A stretch of DNA of 64,000 nt from Terriglobia bacterium. GTDB taxonomy: Bacteria > Acidobacteriota > Terriglobia > 20CM-2-55-15. Shown one piece after another: positions 8,892 to 17,887 of this stretch. The translations under genes were made by a program, and so were the position numbers. Under the pieces are notes generated by a model. It had not been told where the DNA came from. It was given only the letters and a program-made list of their open reading frames with translations, and made no database searches. Numbering within the stretch: the stretch's first letter is position 1; every line of letters starts with the position of its first letter. The stretch covers positions 192,001 through 256,000 of the forward strand of contig CBDCLE010000002.1 of the NCBI GenBank assembly GCA_965218585.1, written 5' to 3'.

Positions 8892-9434
8892 TTGTCAAGA
8901 GTGAAGAAATTCTCCGGGCGACAGCGTAACGACCGAACCAGAGTCAACCACCGAATCAGGGCGAGGGAGATTCGTGTGATCGACGAGGAAGGTACCCAGC
9001 TCGGAGTAATGACACCGGGAGACGCGCTTGCATTAGCCGAAGAAAGAGGCCTGGATCTGGTCGAGGTCGCACCGAACGGAACTCCTCCAGTCTGCCGGAT
9101 CATGGACTACGGCAAGTACCGCTACCAGATGAAGCGGAAGGCTCACGAAGCGAAGAAACACCAGAAGAGCATTACCGTCAAAGAGGTTAAGTTCCGACCG
9201 AACACCGACGAACACGATTACGAGTTCAAGAAGAACCACATCATTCGTTTCCTGAATCAGGGCGACAAGGTCAAAGCGAACGTCTGGTTCCGAGGTCGTG
9301 AAATCATCCACAAAGAGATTGGAAGAGCCTTGATCCAAAGATTAATGGAAGAGCTGGAAGAGATCGGGACGGTGGAAAACAGGCCCAAGATGGAAGGCAA
9401 CAATCTCGTCGCCATATTTGCCCCAAAAAAATAG
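8892..9434 (+). CDS. infC: Translation initiation factor IF-3
   Basis: '[15 protein letters not shown]', '[19 protein letters not shown]', 'KEVKFRP'; TTG start. Confidence 0.97.
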   Translation: MSRVKKFSGRQRNDRTRVNHRIRAREIRVIDEEGTQLGVMTPGDALALAEERGLDLVEVAPNGTPPVCRIMDYGKYRYQMKRKAHEAKKHQKSITVKEVKFRPNTDEHDYEFKKNHIIRFLNQGDKVKANVWFRGREIIHKEIGRALIQRLMEELEEIGTVENRPKMEGNNLVAIFAPKK

Positions 9435-9452
9435 CGAAGTAAGGCAGCAGTC

Positions 9453-9650
9453 ATGTACAAACTTAAGACACACAGGGGTGCGCGCAAGCGTTTCAAACTG
9501 ACGGCCACAGGAAAGGTGAAACGACGCCATTCCTTCGCGCGTCACATACTTACCAAGAAGTCACAGAAGCGAAAACGGCACTTGGGCAAAGCTGAGATTC
9601 TTGACAGCGCAGATTTTCAGAAGGTCCGGGAAATGCTTCCCTACGGATAG
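9453..9650 (+). CDS. rpmI: 50S ribosomal protein L35
   Basis: '[19 protein letters not shown]'; synteny. Confidence 0.97.
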   Translation: MYKLKTHRGARKRFKLTATGKVKRRHSFARHILTKKSQKRKRHLGKAEILDSADFQKVREMLPYG

Positions 9651-9671
9651 GACGTTTGAGGTTTATTAGAA

Positions 9672-10037
9672 GTGCCAAGAGTTAAGAGAGGAACCAAGAG
9701 GCACGATCGCCGGAAAAAGATTCTGAAGGCAGCCAAGGGCTACTACCTGAACAAGAGTAAGCTCTTCAAGTTCGCCACTGAATCGGTCGATCGCGCACTC
9801 CAGTACGCTTATCGTGACCGTCGAACGCGTAAACGCGATTTCCGCCGGCTTTGGATCATTCGAATCGGAGCAGCAGCGCGCGAAAACGGCATCACCTACA
9901 ACCGGTTCATCTCCGGTCTGAAGAAATCCGGGATTGAGCTGGACCGCAAGGTTTTGGCAGACATCGCCATGACGGACCCGGCAGGTTTCGCCCAACTGGC
10001 AGAAAAGGCAAAGGCTGCTACCGGCGAAGCCGCATAG
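9672..10037 (+). CDS. rplT: 50S ribosomal protein L20
   Basis: 'MPRVKRG', '[20 protein letters not shown]', '[10 protein letters not shown]'. Confidence 0.98.
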   Translation: MPRVKRGTKRHDRRKKILKAAKGYYLNKSKLFKFATESVDRALQYAYRDRRTRKRDFRRLWIIRIGAAARENGITYNRFISGLKKSGIELDRKVLADIAMTDPAGFAQLAEKAKAATGEAA

Positions 10038-10052
10038 TAAGCAGCCTGTGCC

Positions 10053-11090
10053 ATGGCTCCCGGTTCAGGAATCGACAAGCTCCACAAAATCGGCGAGCGA
10101 TTCGAAAAGGACAGAAGTTCGGTCACGGATCGCCGCTCGTTGGACGAACTCCGCACCCGATATCTCTCTCGCAAATCGGGTCTCCTGACCCTCGAGCTGC
10201 AGTCGCTTCGTTCACTCCCGAAAGAAGAGCGATCCGAATTCGGCAAGTTTGGCAACGAGTTGAAACAGAAGATCGAGGCTTCGATCACTGAACTGGAAAC
10301 TTCGATTGCTTCCCAAACCCGGGAGAAACAGATCGAGGAGGAAACCCTCGACGTCAGCCTTCCGGGTTCGGCCCCACCCATCGGACACCGACATCCGATC
10401 ACACTCGTCCGAGCCGAGATGGAGGATATCTTTGTTTCGATGGGCTACACGGTGGAGGATGGCCCGGAAGTCGAATCCACATACTACAACTTCGAAGCCC
10501 TGAACATACCTGCCGGACATCCGGCGCGCGATCCCTCCGATACCTTCTACGTCTCCGAGGAGCTGGTGCTCAGGACCCACACGTCGCCCGTGCAGGTAAG
10601 GACGATGGAGCAACAACAGCCCCCGATCCGGATCATTTGTCCGGGTCGCGTCTTTCGGCATGACGACCTGGACGCAACGCATTCACCGATGTTCCACCAG
10701 ATCGAAGGGTTGGTGGTCGACAGCGGCATCAACTTCGGGGATCTGAAAGGCACTCTGGAGCTCTTCCATCACCGGTTCTTCGGTGAAAAGACTGAGACAC
10801 GTTTTCGGCCAAGCTTCTTCCCTTTCACAGAGCCCAGTGCAGAAGTCGACATCTCCTGTCCTTTCTGCGAAGGGAATGGCTGTCGTGTATGCAAGCAGAC
10901 CGGCTGGATCGAAATGATGGGTGCAGGCATGGTGAATCCAGTCCTCTACAGCTTCGTCAACTACGATGCGGAACGTTACAGCGGGTTTGCTTTCGGGATG
11001 GGCATCGACCGCTATGCGATGATGAAATACCGCATCAGTGACATACCCTTGCTTTTCGAAAACGACTTACGTTTTCTCGAACAGTTTTAA
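10053..11090 (+). CDS. pheS: Phenylalanine--tRNA ligase alpha subunit
   Basis: 'HPARD..DTF', 'LRTHTSPVQ', 'FRPSFFPFTEPSAE', 'GFAFGMG'. Confidence 0.98.
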   Translation: MAPGSGIDKLHKIGERFEKDRSSVTDRRSLDELRTRYLSRKSGLLTLELQSLRSLPKEERSEFGKFGNELKQKIEASITELETSIASQTREKQIEEETLDVSLPGSAPPIGHRHPITLVRAEMEDIFVSMGYTVEDGPEVESTYYNFEALNIPAGHPARDPSDTFYVSEELVLRTHTSPVQVRTMEQQQPPIRIICPGRVFRHDDLDATHSPMFHQIEGLVVDSGINFGDLKGTLELFHHRFFGEKTETRFRPSFFPFTEPSAEVDISCPFCEGNGCRVCKQTGWIEMMGAGMVNPVLYSFVNYDAERYSGFAFGMGIDRYAMMKYRISDIPLLFENDLRFLEQF

Positions 11091-11098
11091 CGAACGAA

Positions 11099-13120
11099 AT
11101 GCGAATCAGCCTCAATTGGCTCCGGGAATACGTCGATACCCCAGAGGACGCCTCTCGACTGGGCGAGAAGCTTTCTCTCTCAGGCCTGGCAGTAGACGAG
11201 ATAGAAGAAAGCGGGGACGACCTCATTCTCGAGTTGGACATCACGACAAACAGGGGAGACTGCCTCTCACACCTGGGCGTGGCTCGGGAAGTGGCGACAA
11301 TCTACGGAACCCGCGCTCGCCTCCCCAAGATCGAAATTTCCGAAACAGGGCATCGCGCCGATGCTACGTTTTCGATTTCGATTGCCGATGAGGATCTCTG
11401 CAAGCGCTACTGTGGCCGTTACATCGAGGGCGTGACGATTGGGAAATCCCCCGACTGGCTTGTCCAGCGTATTGAAGCTGTGGGCATACGCTCGATCAAC
11501 AACGTCGCTGACATCACCAACTATGTCCTGATGGAGCTGGGGCACCCGCTGCATGCTTTTGATGCCGACACTCTCGGAAACAACCAGATCATAGTTCGAC
11601 GAGCGGAACCCGGCGAGAAACTCACTACGCTGGACGGTGAAAAGAGAGAACTGAACTCGTCGATGCTGGTCATTGCCGATGCAAGGCACGCGGTTGCGTT
11701 GGCCGGCGTCATCGGCGGCGAAGAGACTGAGATCTCCGCGTCTACAAAGAACGTTCTGCTGGAGTCTGCCTGGTTTGATCCGCTGTCTATTCGTAAGACT
11801 GCGCGGGCGGTAAACACCAGCACCGAAGCCTCCTATCGTTTCGAACGCGGGGCTGACATCGAGATGGCCGCTACAGCCTGCGACCGCGCTGCTCAGCTCA
11901 TCGCGGAACTGGTTGGCGGAAAGGTCTACGAAGGCGTCATCGATGTTTATCCCGCGGAGAAGAATCAGAGACCGAAGGTCCATCTGCGGAGGAAACGTAT
12001 TCGCGAATATCTCGGCATGGAGATACCCGATGACGAAGTCACACGTATCTTCACGGGGCTGGGATTCGATGTCGGTGTGGGGACCGACTCGAAGAGTTGG
12101 ACCGTTGGCGTCCCAAGCTATCGCCACGATGTTTCCCGAGAGGAAGATCTGCTCGAGGAGATCGCACGCATCCACGGCTATGACCGCTTCCCGTCGACAC
12201 TGCCTGCATGGACCGGACAGGGAGAGCGACTCCCCTGGCATGTAGAAGAAACACGGATGAGAGACCTGCTGGCCGGTATGGGATATTCGGAGGCCTGTAG
12301 TCTTGCTTTCAGCGACAGGAACATCGAAGAACGATTCGCCCCGGGAGTCGAACCTGTTGCTCTCCAGAACCCACTCTCTGAAGAAGCACCTATCCTGAGA
12401 ACGTCTCTGGTTCCAAGCGCACTGCGCTCGATTCAGTGGAACCTCAACCGTGGCTCACAGAACGTACTGCTATACGAGATAGGCAAAGTCTATCCGGCTG
12501 CGGGCGAAAACCGACGGCTGATCATCGCCCAAACCGGGACGGCGCGGTCCGGATTCATTCACCACGCGCCGCTTGAAGCCGATTTTTACAATCTGAAAGG
12601 AAACGTCGCAGCTTTGTTGGGCAGCTTTGCCGTCGAAGGAGAAGGGTCAACAAACGACCTGCCCGCCCACTACCATCCGGGCCGCAGCATTCGGATGGGA
12701 TCGGTAGCGACGCTGGGCGAGCTGTCCCAGGAAGCGACCGATCTCTTCAAGATTCGACAGAAGGTTTACGTGGCCGAGCTCGCAATCGAAGAACTCTACC
12801 GCGCGGGGCTCAGGAACGTTGCAGCGGCAGCGATTCCGAAGTACCCTGCCATACGACACGATCTATCGCTACTGCTCGATCGAAAGATTCGATACTCCGA
12901 GGTCCTGGCGGCCATCCGGGCAGCGGAAATCGCCGAGCTTGTCTCGATCGAACCGTTCGACAGGCTTAACGCGGGCCCATTCCCCGAGTCGTGTTACAGC
13001 CTCGCGGTAGGGCTCGTGTATCAGTCGTCGGAACGCACATTGACTGACGCTGAAGTGGGCGAGTTCGATCGGACGATCCTTACCGAGCTCGGGGGAATCG
13101 GAGTGAAGCTACGGAGTTAG
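11099..13120 (+). CDS. pheT: Phenylalanine--tRNA ligase beta subunit (short form lacking the B2 domain)
   Basis: 'MRISLNWLREY', 'NRGDCLS', 'NNVADITNYV', 'EEDLLEEIARIHGY'. Confidence 0.97.
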   Translation: MRISLNWLREYVDTPEDASRLGEKLSLSGLAVDEIEESGDDLILELDITTNRGDCLSHLGVAREVATIYGTRARLPKIEISETGHRADATFSISIADEDLCKRYCGRYIEGVTIGKSPDWLVQRIEAVGIRSINNVADITNYVLMELGHPLHAFDADTLGNNQIIVRRAEPGEKLTTLDGEKRELNSSMLVIADARHAVALAGVIGGEETEISASTKNVLLESAWFDPLSIRKTARAVNTSTEASYRFERGADIEMAATACDRAAQLIAELVGGKVYEGVIDVYPAEKNQRPKVHLRRKRIREYLGMEIPDDEVTRIFTGLGFDVGVGTDSKSWTVGVPSYRHDVSREEDLLEEIARIHGYDRFPSTLPAWTGQGERLPWHVEETRMRDLLAGMGYSEACSLAFSDRNIEERFAPGVEPVALQNPLSEEAPILRTSLVPSALRSIQWNLNRGSQNVLLYEIGKVYPAAGENRRLIIAQTGTARSGFIHHAPLEADFYNLKGNVAALLGSFAVEGEGSTNDLPAHYHPGRSIRMGSVATLGELSQEATDLFKIRQKVYVAELAIEELYRAGLRNVAAAAIPKYPAIRHDLSLLLDRKIRYSEVLAAIRAAEIAELVSIEPFDRLNAGPFPESCYSLAVGLVYQSSERTLTDAEVGEFDRTILTELGGIGVKLRS

Positions 13121-13127
13121 AAACGTA

Positions 13128-13382
13128 ATGAAATCTGGAGCGAAAGACGCGCTCGAAAAATTCAAAGCTCTTGAGGACCACATAAGTTGGGTTCTGGACT
13201 TGCTGCGGAAGACCCGCGGAGAGAGGGAATCGGCCGAGAACGAACTCCGAGAAGCGCGTAGCCAGATCAAACTGCTCGAAAAGGAAATTAGTGGTCTACA
13301 GAAGGAACGCACTCAGGTCCGGGGCCGTGTTGAGAGCCTGATCGAGAGTATTTCCGATCTCAACGAGAAGCAAATTGTCTAA
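13128..13382 (+). CDS. zapB: Coiled-coil cell division protein, ZapB-like
   Basis: 84 aa coiled coil between pheT and zapA. Confidence 0.7.
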   Translation: MKSGAKDALEKFKALEDHISWVLDLLRKTRGERESAENELREARSQIKLLEKEISGLQKERTQVRGRVESLIESISDLNEKQIV

Positions 13383-13677
13383 GAAAGAAAGAGACGTCGT
13401 CGTCGTCGAAATCGAGGTTTACGACCAAAAATATCCGCTGCGCCTGAGCACGCCGGCCGAACGAAAAGACATCCTGCAACTGGCCGAGGAAGTGGATCAT
13501 CGAATGCGTGAGATTGCTGACCAGACCGGCACAGTCGATTCGCTCAAGGTAGCCATCCTCACGGCCCTGCACCTGGCCGAAGAAACTCGTACTAAAGATG
13601 GCGGTTCGAAAAAACTCGAATCTGCAGTCCGCACGGGCACCAAGAAGTGGATCGCCGCGATCGAGAAAGAACTCTGA
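13375..13677 (+). CDS. zapA: Cell division protein ZapA
   Basis: 'IEVYDQKY', 'LAEEVDHRMREI', 'KVAILTALHLAEE'. Confidence 0.9.
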   Translation: MSKKERDVVVVEIEVYDQKYPLRLSTPAERKDILQLAEEVDHRMREIADQTGTVDSLKVAILTALHLAEETRTKDGGSKKLESAVRTGTKKWIAAIEKEL

Positions 13678-13710
13678 CCTGCACCCGAAAGACCCTTGAA
13701 CAGATCCTTC

Positions 13711-13857
13711 AACGCAGAGGCGCAGAGACGCGAAGCTCTTAGGTCGCCCCCAGTTTCTCTTACCAGCCTCGTGGGTTTTCTACGACGTCGTTGCTAACCC
13801 GAACTAACCTTAGTGAACTGGCTGCAGGAACCTTGTCTTTCTCTGCGTCTCTGCGTC
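13711..13857. repeat. GCAGAG-unit inverted repeat, copy 2
   Basis: AACGCAGAGGCGCAGAGACGCGAAG ... CTCTGCGTCTCTGCGTC. Confidence 0.7.
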
Positions 13858-13894
13858 TGATCCGTCTTCCCTCTTGGTTAATCTCACGGGTTGT

Positions 13895-13924
13895 TTGACG
13901 TGGTTTCAGACATTCACCTACAAT
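13895..13924 (+). promoter_or_regulatory. Sigma70 promoter of 6S RNA
   Basis: TTGACG-18 nt-TACAAT. Confidence 0.65.
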
Positions 13925-13929
13925 CAGGG

Positions 13930-14112
13930 TGGCCCTGCAAAGTACGTGTTGGTACCAACATTATTTGACCTTAGTCTTATTTGAAGGGGTCCGATTCTCG
14001 CGTGGTGTGCGAGTCATCCCTACGGGTTAATGGTTCCCTGAAGCGCGGATAGGACACCCACCCTGTTTTCGACAGGTTCAAATAAGCGGTGCCACACGGC
14101 CAAGCGGGGTTT
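13930..14112 (+). ncRNA. ssrS: 6S RNA
   Basis: Canonical position downstream of zapA; ~180 nt; ends pair (CCCTGC..CGTGTTGGTACC / GGTGCCACACG..GCGGGG), inner stem ATTTGACCT/AGGTTCAAAT. Confidence 0.8.
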
Positions 14113-14121
14113 TTTATTTTT

Positions 14122-14898
14122 ATGAAGATCCTCTTTATCGGTGACATCGTGGCTAGGGCAGGGAGGGAGGCCCTCCGCGATCATCTCGAGTCAATCAAGC
14201 GGGAGTACTCGATCGACTTCACGATATCTAACTGCGAAAACGCGGCCGCCGGTTTTGGTATCACCCCGAAGATCGCCGATGAATTGCTGGGCTGGGGGGT
14301 GGACGTACTGACCTCAGGCAACCACATCTGGGACAAAAAAGAGATCCTACCGTATTTGGATTCACAACCCCGGATTCTTCGACCCATCAACTATCCACCC
14401 CCGAATCCAGGACATGGTGTGGTTGTCGTCGAGACAGCGGGTGGGGAACCTGTTGCAGTGGTAAACGTCCAGGGCCTGTCGTTTATGCCATCGATTGACG
14501 ATCCGTTTCGGGCGATCGAAGAAGAGTTGACCCGAATTCCCGAACACGTCCGGGTGGTCGTGGTCGACATGCACGCGGAAGCAACCGCGGAAAAGGTGGC
14601 CATGGGTTGGTATCTGGATGGAAAAGTGTCGGCTGTCCTGGGAAGCCACACCCATATCCCGACTGCAGATGAGAGGATCCTTCCCGAAGGTACGGCCTAT
14701 CAGACCGACGTCGGCATGACCGGGCCCTTCGATTCTGTCATCGGAATGAGCCGGGAATCGGTAATGGAACGGTTTCATAGGCAGGTCCCGGTCCGGTTTG
14801 AACCGGCAACCGATGACGCCCAGGTAAATGCTGCCGTCATCGATGTGGATTCAGGAACGGGCAAAGCCCTCTCAATCCAACGGGTCCGCCGCGGCTAG
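14122..14898 (+). CDS. ymdB: YmdB-like (TIGR00282) metallophosphoesterase
   Basis: 'MKILFIGDIV', 'NCENAAAGFG', 'SGNHIWD', 'DMHAEATAEK', 'GSHTHIPTAD'. Confidence 0.92.
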   Translation: MKILFIGDIVARAGREALRDHLESIKREYSIDFTISNCENAAAGFGITPKIADELLGWGVDVLTSGNHIWDKKEILPYLDSQPRILRPINYPPPNPGHGVVVVETAGGEPVAVVNVQGLSFMPSIDDPFRAIEEELTRIPEHVRVVVVDMHAEATAEKVAMGWYLDGKVSAVLGSHTHIPTADERILPEGTAYQTDVGMTGPFDSVIGMSRESVMERFHRQVPVRFEPATDDAQVNAAVIDVDSGTGKALSIQRVRRG

Positions 14899-14925
14899 AT
14901 ACGATAGGATGATGCAGAAATGCTT

Positions 14926-15009
14926 AACCGAGAGACGCAAAGGACGCTGAGGACGCAGAAGCAGACAGAAAATAGATTTCGGTCTCTGCGTCTGTGCGCC
15001 TCTCTGTTG
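14926..15009. repeat. GCAGAG-unit inverted repeat, copy 3
   Basis: AACCGAGAGACGCAAAGGACGCTGAGGACGCAGAAG ... CTCTGCGTCTGTGCGCCTCTCTGTTG. Confidence 0.7.
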
Positions 15010-15037
15010 GATCCGGCCTTCTAAGTTTCCAAGGCTT

Positions 15038-16405
15038 ATGTTCGAAAACTTATCTGACAGGCTCCAGAAGGTCTTCAAGAACCTTCGTGGCGAAGGCAAA
15101 CTCACCGCCGAGCACATTGAGGAATCTCTCAAGGAAATACGGATGGCTCTGCTCGAGGCGGACACCAATTTCAAGGTCGTCCGCCAATTCACCGAGCGCG
15201 TCAAGGAGAAGGCACTCGGGCAGGAAGTCCTTCAAAGCCTCACCCCTGGACAGCAGGTCATCAAGGTTGTTCGGGACGAAATGGTGGAGATGCTGGGTGG
15301 AGAGACGGCCAGGGTAGGGTTCGCGTCCCAGCCACCCACCGTCATTCTGCTGGTCGGTCTCCAGGGATCGGGCAAGACAACCACCAGCGGAAAACTCGCC
15401 CGGTGGCTTCAGAAACAGGGTCACCGCCCCATGTTGGTGTCGGTAGACGTTTACCGGCCGGCGGCCCGCGACCAGCTTAAAGTTATCGCGGGTGAGATCA
15501 AGGCACCTGTATGGGAAGGCGCCGACGGTGATGGCCCGCTCAAGCTGTGCCAGCAGGCCCTACAGGAAGCCAAAGACACCGCGCACGACGTACTGATCAT
15601 CGACACGGCCGGGCGGCTCCATATCGACGAAGAGTTGATGGGGGAGTTGACCCAGATCAAAGACTCCCTGAGTCCCCAGGAAATCCTGTTCGTGGCCGAT
15701 GCAATGCTTGGTCAGGACGCAGTTCGAAGCGCTGAAGAGTTCCACGGGCAACTGGGTTTTACAGGTTTCATCCTGACAAAACTGGACGGCGATGCCCGCG
15801 GCGGTGCGGCCTTATCGATCAATTCGGTCACAGGCAAACCGATCAAGTTCGTAGGTACGGATGAAAAATACGAAGCGTTGGAACAGTTTCATCCGGACAG
15901 GCTCGTGTCCCGAATCCTGGGAATGGGCGACATCCTCTCGCTGATCGAGAAGGCCGAAGAGACGATCGATAAGGAAAAGGCCCTCGAACTTCAGAAGAAG
16001 GTCCTGAAAGACACTTTCACGCTGGAGGATTTTCGCGACCAGCTGAGGCAAATTCGAAAAATGGGTTCCCTGGAACAGATCCTGGGGATGCTACCCAGCA
16101 TCGGGCCGTTCAAGGACATGGCCAACGTTCAGGTGGATGAGAAGGAACTGGGGCGGACCGAAGCCATCATCGACTCGATGACGCCTAGGGAACGCCGTAA
16201 CCACCAGATAATTAACGGGAGCCGGCGGAAGCGGATTGCGAGGGGAAGTGGGACCTCGGTCCAGCAGGTGAACCAGCTTCTGAAGCAATACATCCAGACC
16301 CGCAAGATGATGAAGAGCATGACGGCAGACGGAACCAAGAAAGGAAAAAAGGGGAAAAAAGGCAGAAGAATGAGAGGTTTCCGGATGCCGCAGATGCCGA
16401 TGTAG
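15038..16405 (+). CDS. ffh: Signal recognition particle protein
   Basis: 'GLQGSGKTTT', 'DTAGRL', 'TKLDGDARGGAALS', M domain 'SRILGMGD'. Confidence 0.98.
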   Translation: MFENLSDRLQKVFKNLRGEGKLTAEHIEESLKEIRMALLEADTNFKVVRQFTERVKEKALGQEVLQSLTPGQQVIKVVRDEMVEMLGGETARVGFASQPPTVILLVGLQGSGKTTTSGKLARWLQKQGHRPMLVSVDVYRPAARDQLKVIAGEIKAPVWEGADGDGPLKLCQQALQEAKDTAHDVLIIDTAGRLHIDEELMGELTQIKDSLSPQEILFVADAMLGQDAVRSAEEFHGQLGFTGFILTKLDGDARGGAALSINSVTGKPIKFVGTDEKYEALEQFHPDRLVSRILGMGDILSLIEKAEETIDKEKALELQKKVLKDTFTLEDFRDQLRQIRKMGSLEQILGMLPSIGPFKDMANVQVDEKELGRTEAIIDSMTPRERRNHQIINGSRRKRIARGSGTSVQQVNQLLKQYIQTRKMMKSMTADGTKKGKKGKKGRRMRGFRMPQMPM

Positions 16406-16528
16406 GCGCCTGCCTCGCGGTTGGGCGCCCCCTCGGCGCTCAGCCCTCGGCCAGATCCGAATCGGGACGACAGTCCCACCGGCTGAACTGATAGCCGAGG
16501 TCTGAGGGGTCGGGGCCGACCAATTCCT

Positions 16529-16578
16529 TATTGACGCCGTTTTCGCTATTGACGCCGTTTTCGCTGGAAAACTATAAT
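16529..16578 (+). promoter_or_regulatory. rpsP operon promoter with a tandem 18-bp duplication containing the -35
   Basis: TATTGACGCCGTTTTCGC x2 (16529-16564); second TTGACG-18 nt-TATAAT (16573-16578). Confidence 0.7.
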
Positions 16579-16675
16579 TTTAGGATATTTAGCAGGGACT
16601 CCGAGAGTCTTCTCGACTGCGGTCGAACGGCTCGGTGTCTCCTGTAGTATTGATAACTATTTAGGAGGCCGAATT

Positions 16676-16915
16676 TTGGTAGCGATGCGTCTGACCCGGA
16701 TCGGGTCGAAGAAGCGCCCTTATTACAGAATCGTTGTGATTGAAAAGAAACGGGCGCAAAACGGCCGCTTCCTGGAGGTTCTGGGCCAGTACAACCCCCT
16801 TTCCGACCCTGCCCATATTGAGGTCAATGAGGATCGGGCCCGCTACTGGCTGTCCAAAGGAGCAAAGCCGTCTGACACCGTACGAAGCATTCTGCACAAG
16901 AGGGAAATTGTGTAG
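16676..16915 (+). CDS. rpsP: 30S ribosomal protein S16
   Basis: 'MRLTRIGSKKRPYYRIVV', 'LGQYNP'; SD AGGAGG, TTG start. Confidence 0.97.
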   Translation: MVAMRLTRIGSKKRPYYRIVVIEKKRAQNGRFLEVLGQYNPLSDPAHIEVNEDRARYWLSKGAKPSDTVRSILHKREIV

Positions 16916-17000
16916 CGCTTAGCAGTCCGTCGGGAAGTCCTCACTCAAGTTTAGTCTGCTGGCTCGAACACGTTCCCTTGATGCTGTACTTGGAGGTGAC

Positions 17001-17231
17001 ATGAAAGAGCTCATTGAACAGATCGCTAAAGCGCTTGTGGACAATCCCGATGAAGTCGTTGTTCGCGCGGTCGAAGGGGAACAGACGACTGTTCTTGAGT
17101 TACGCGTTGCTCAGAGTGACCTCGGAAAGGTGATCGGCAAGCAGGGCCGGACTGCACAATCCATTCGAACCATTCTCAGCGCGGCCGGAATGAAGCTGAA
17201 GAAACGGTTCACGCTGGAAATCCTGGAGTAG
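17001..17231 (+). CDS. khpA: KH-domain RNA-binding protein KhpA
   Basis: '[13 protein letters not shown]' GxxG motif; synteny. Confidence 0.93.
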   Translation: MKELIEQIAKALVDNPDEVVVRAVEGEQTTVLELRVAQSDLGKVIGKQGRTAQSIRTILSAAGMKLKKRFTLEILE

Positions 17232-17235
17232 CGCC

Positions 17236-17769
17236 ATCAGCCGCCAGGAAACTCTCGTTCCCATCGCCAGCATCACACGAACCCAGGGCCTTAACGGCAT
17301 GGTTCGCGTCCGAATCGAATTCGATGATCCGCGGCTATTCGAAACCGGACGGGCTGTGATTCTGACGCTCGAAGGAGCGCGGGAAAGAAGAGTTGAAACC
17401 GAAATCGAACTATTTCGATTTCAACACGGACGTTGGGTCGCAAAGCTGAGGGACATCGATTCAGTTTCCGAAGCCGAAGAATGGATCGGGGGACGGATCT
17501 GGATTCCCAAAGACGAGTGGCCTGAAGCAGAAGAAGGCTCGTTCTTCAGCTTTGATCTGGAAGGATGTGCGGTCTACGCCGGGGAAGAATTGATCGGAAC
17601 GGTGGTAGGAGTCCTCGATTACGGAGGCACCACACTGTTGAGGCTTGATCGCAATGACGAGGAAATACTGGTCCCCTTTGCTCGGTCGTTTCTAAAGAGG
17701 ATCGATACCGAAGGAAAACGAATTGACGTCGAGCTGCCCGAGGGCCTGATCGAACTGAACCGAAAATGA
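17236..17769 (+). CDS. rimM: Ribosome maturation factor RimM (probable ATC start at 17236)
   Basis: In-frame upstream extension 'LVPIASITRTQGLNGMVRV' matches the RimM N-terminal motif; PRC barrel 'EILVPFARSF..ID'. Confidence 0.9.
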   Translation: MSRQETLVPIASITRTQGLNGMVRVRIEFDDPRLFETGRAVILTLEGARERRVETEIELFRFQHGRWVAKLRDIDSVSEAEEWIGGRIWIPKDEWPEAEEGSFFSFDLEGCAVYAGEELIGTVVGVLDYGGTTLLRLDRNDEEILVPFARSFLKRIDTEGKRIDVELPEGLIELNRK

Positions 17770-17775
17770 AAATTT

Positions 17776-17863
17776 CAACGCAGAGACGCAGAGACGCAGA
17801 GGAAGAAAGAATCTTCATCTCGGATTTCACTGCATCCTCTGCATCCTCTGCGCCTCTGCGTTG
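17776..17863. repeat. GCAGAG-unit inverted repeat, copy 4
   Basis: CAACGCAGAGACGCAGAGACGCAGAGG ... CTCTGCATCCTCTGCGCCTCTGCGTTG between rimM and trmD. Confidence 0.8.
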
Positions 17864-17887
17864 GTTCGAATATCAAGTTGGTTGGAC

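Noticed and set aside
11099-13120. Truncated pheT
   Set aside because: Short PheT lacking the B2 domain is a known natural form, and the ORF is intact.
16405-16530. SRP RNA (ffs) next to ffh
   Set aside because: Lacks the conserved helix-8 CAGG..GGAA..AGCAG motif.
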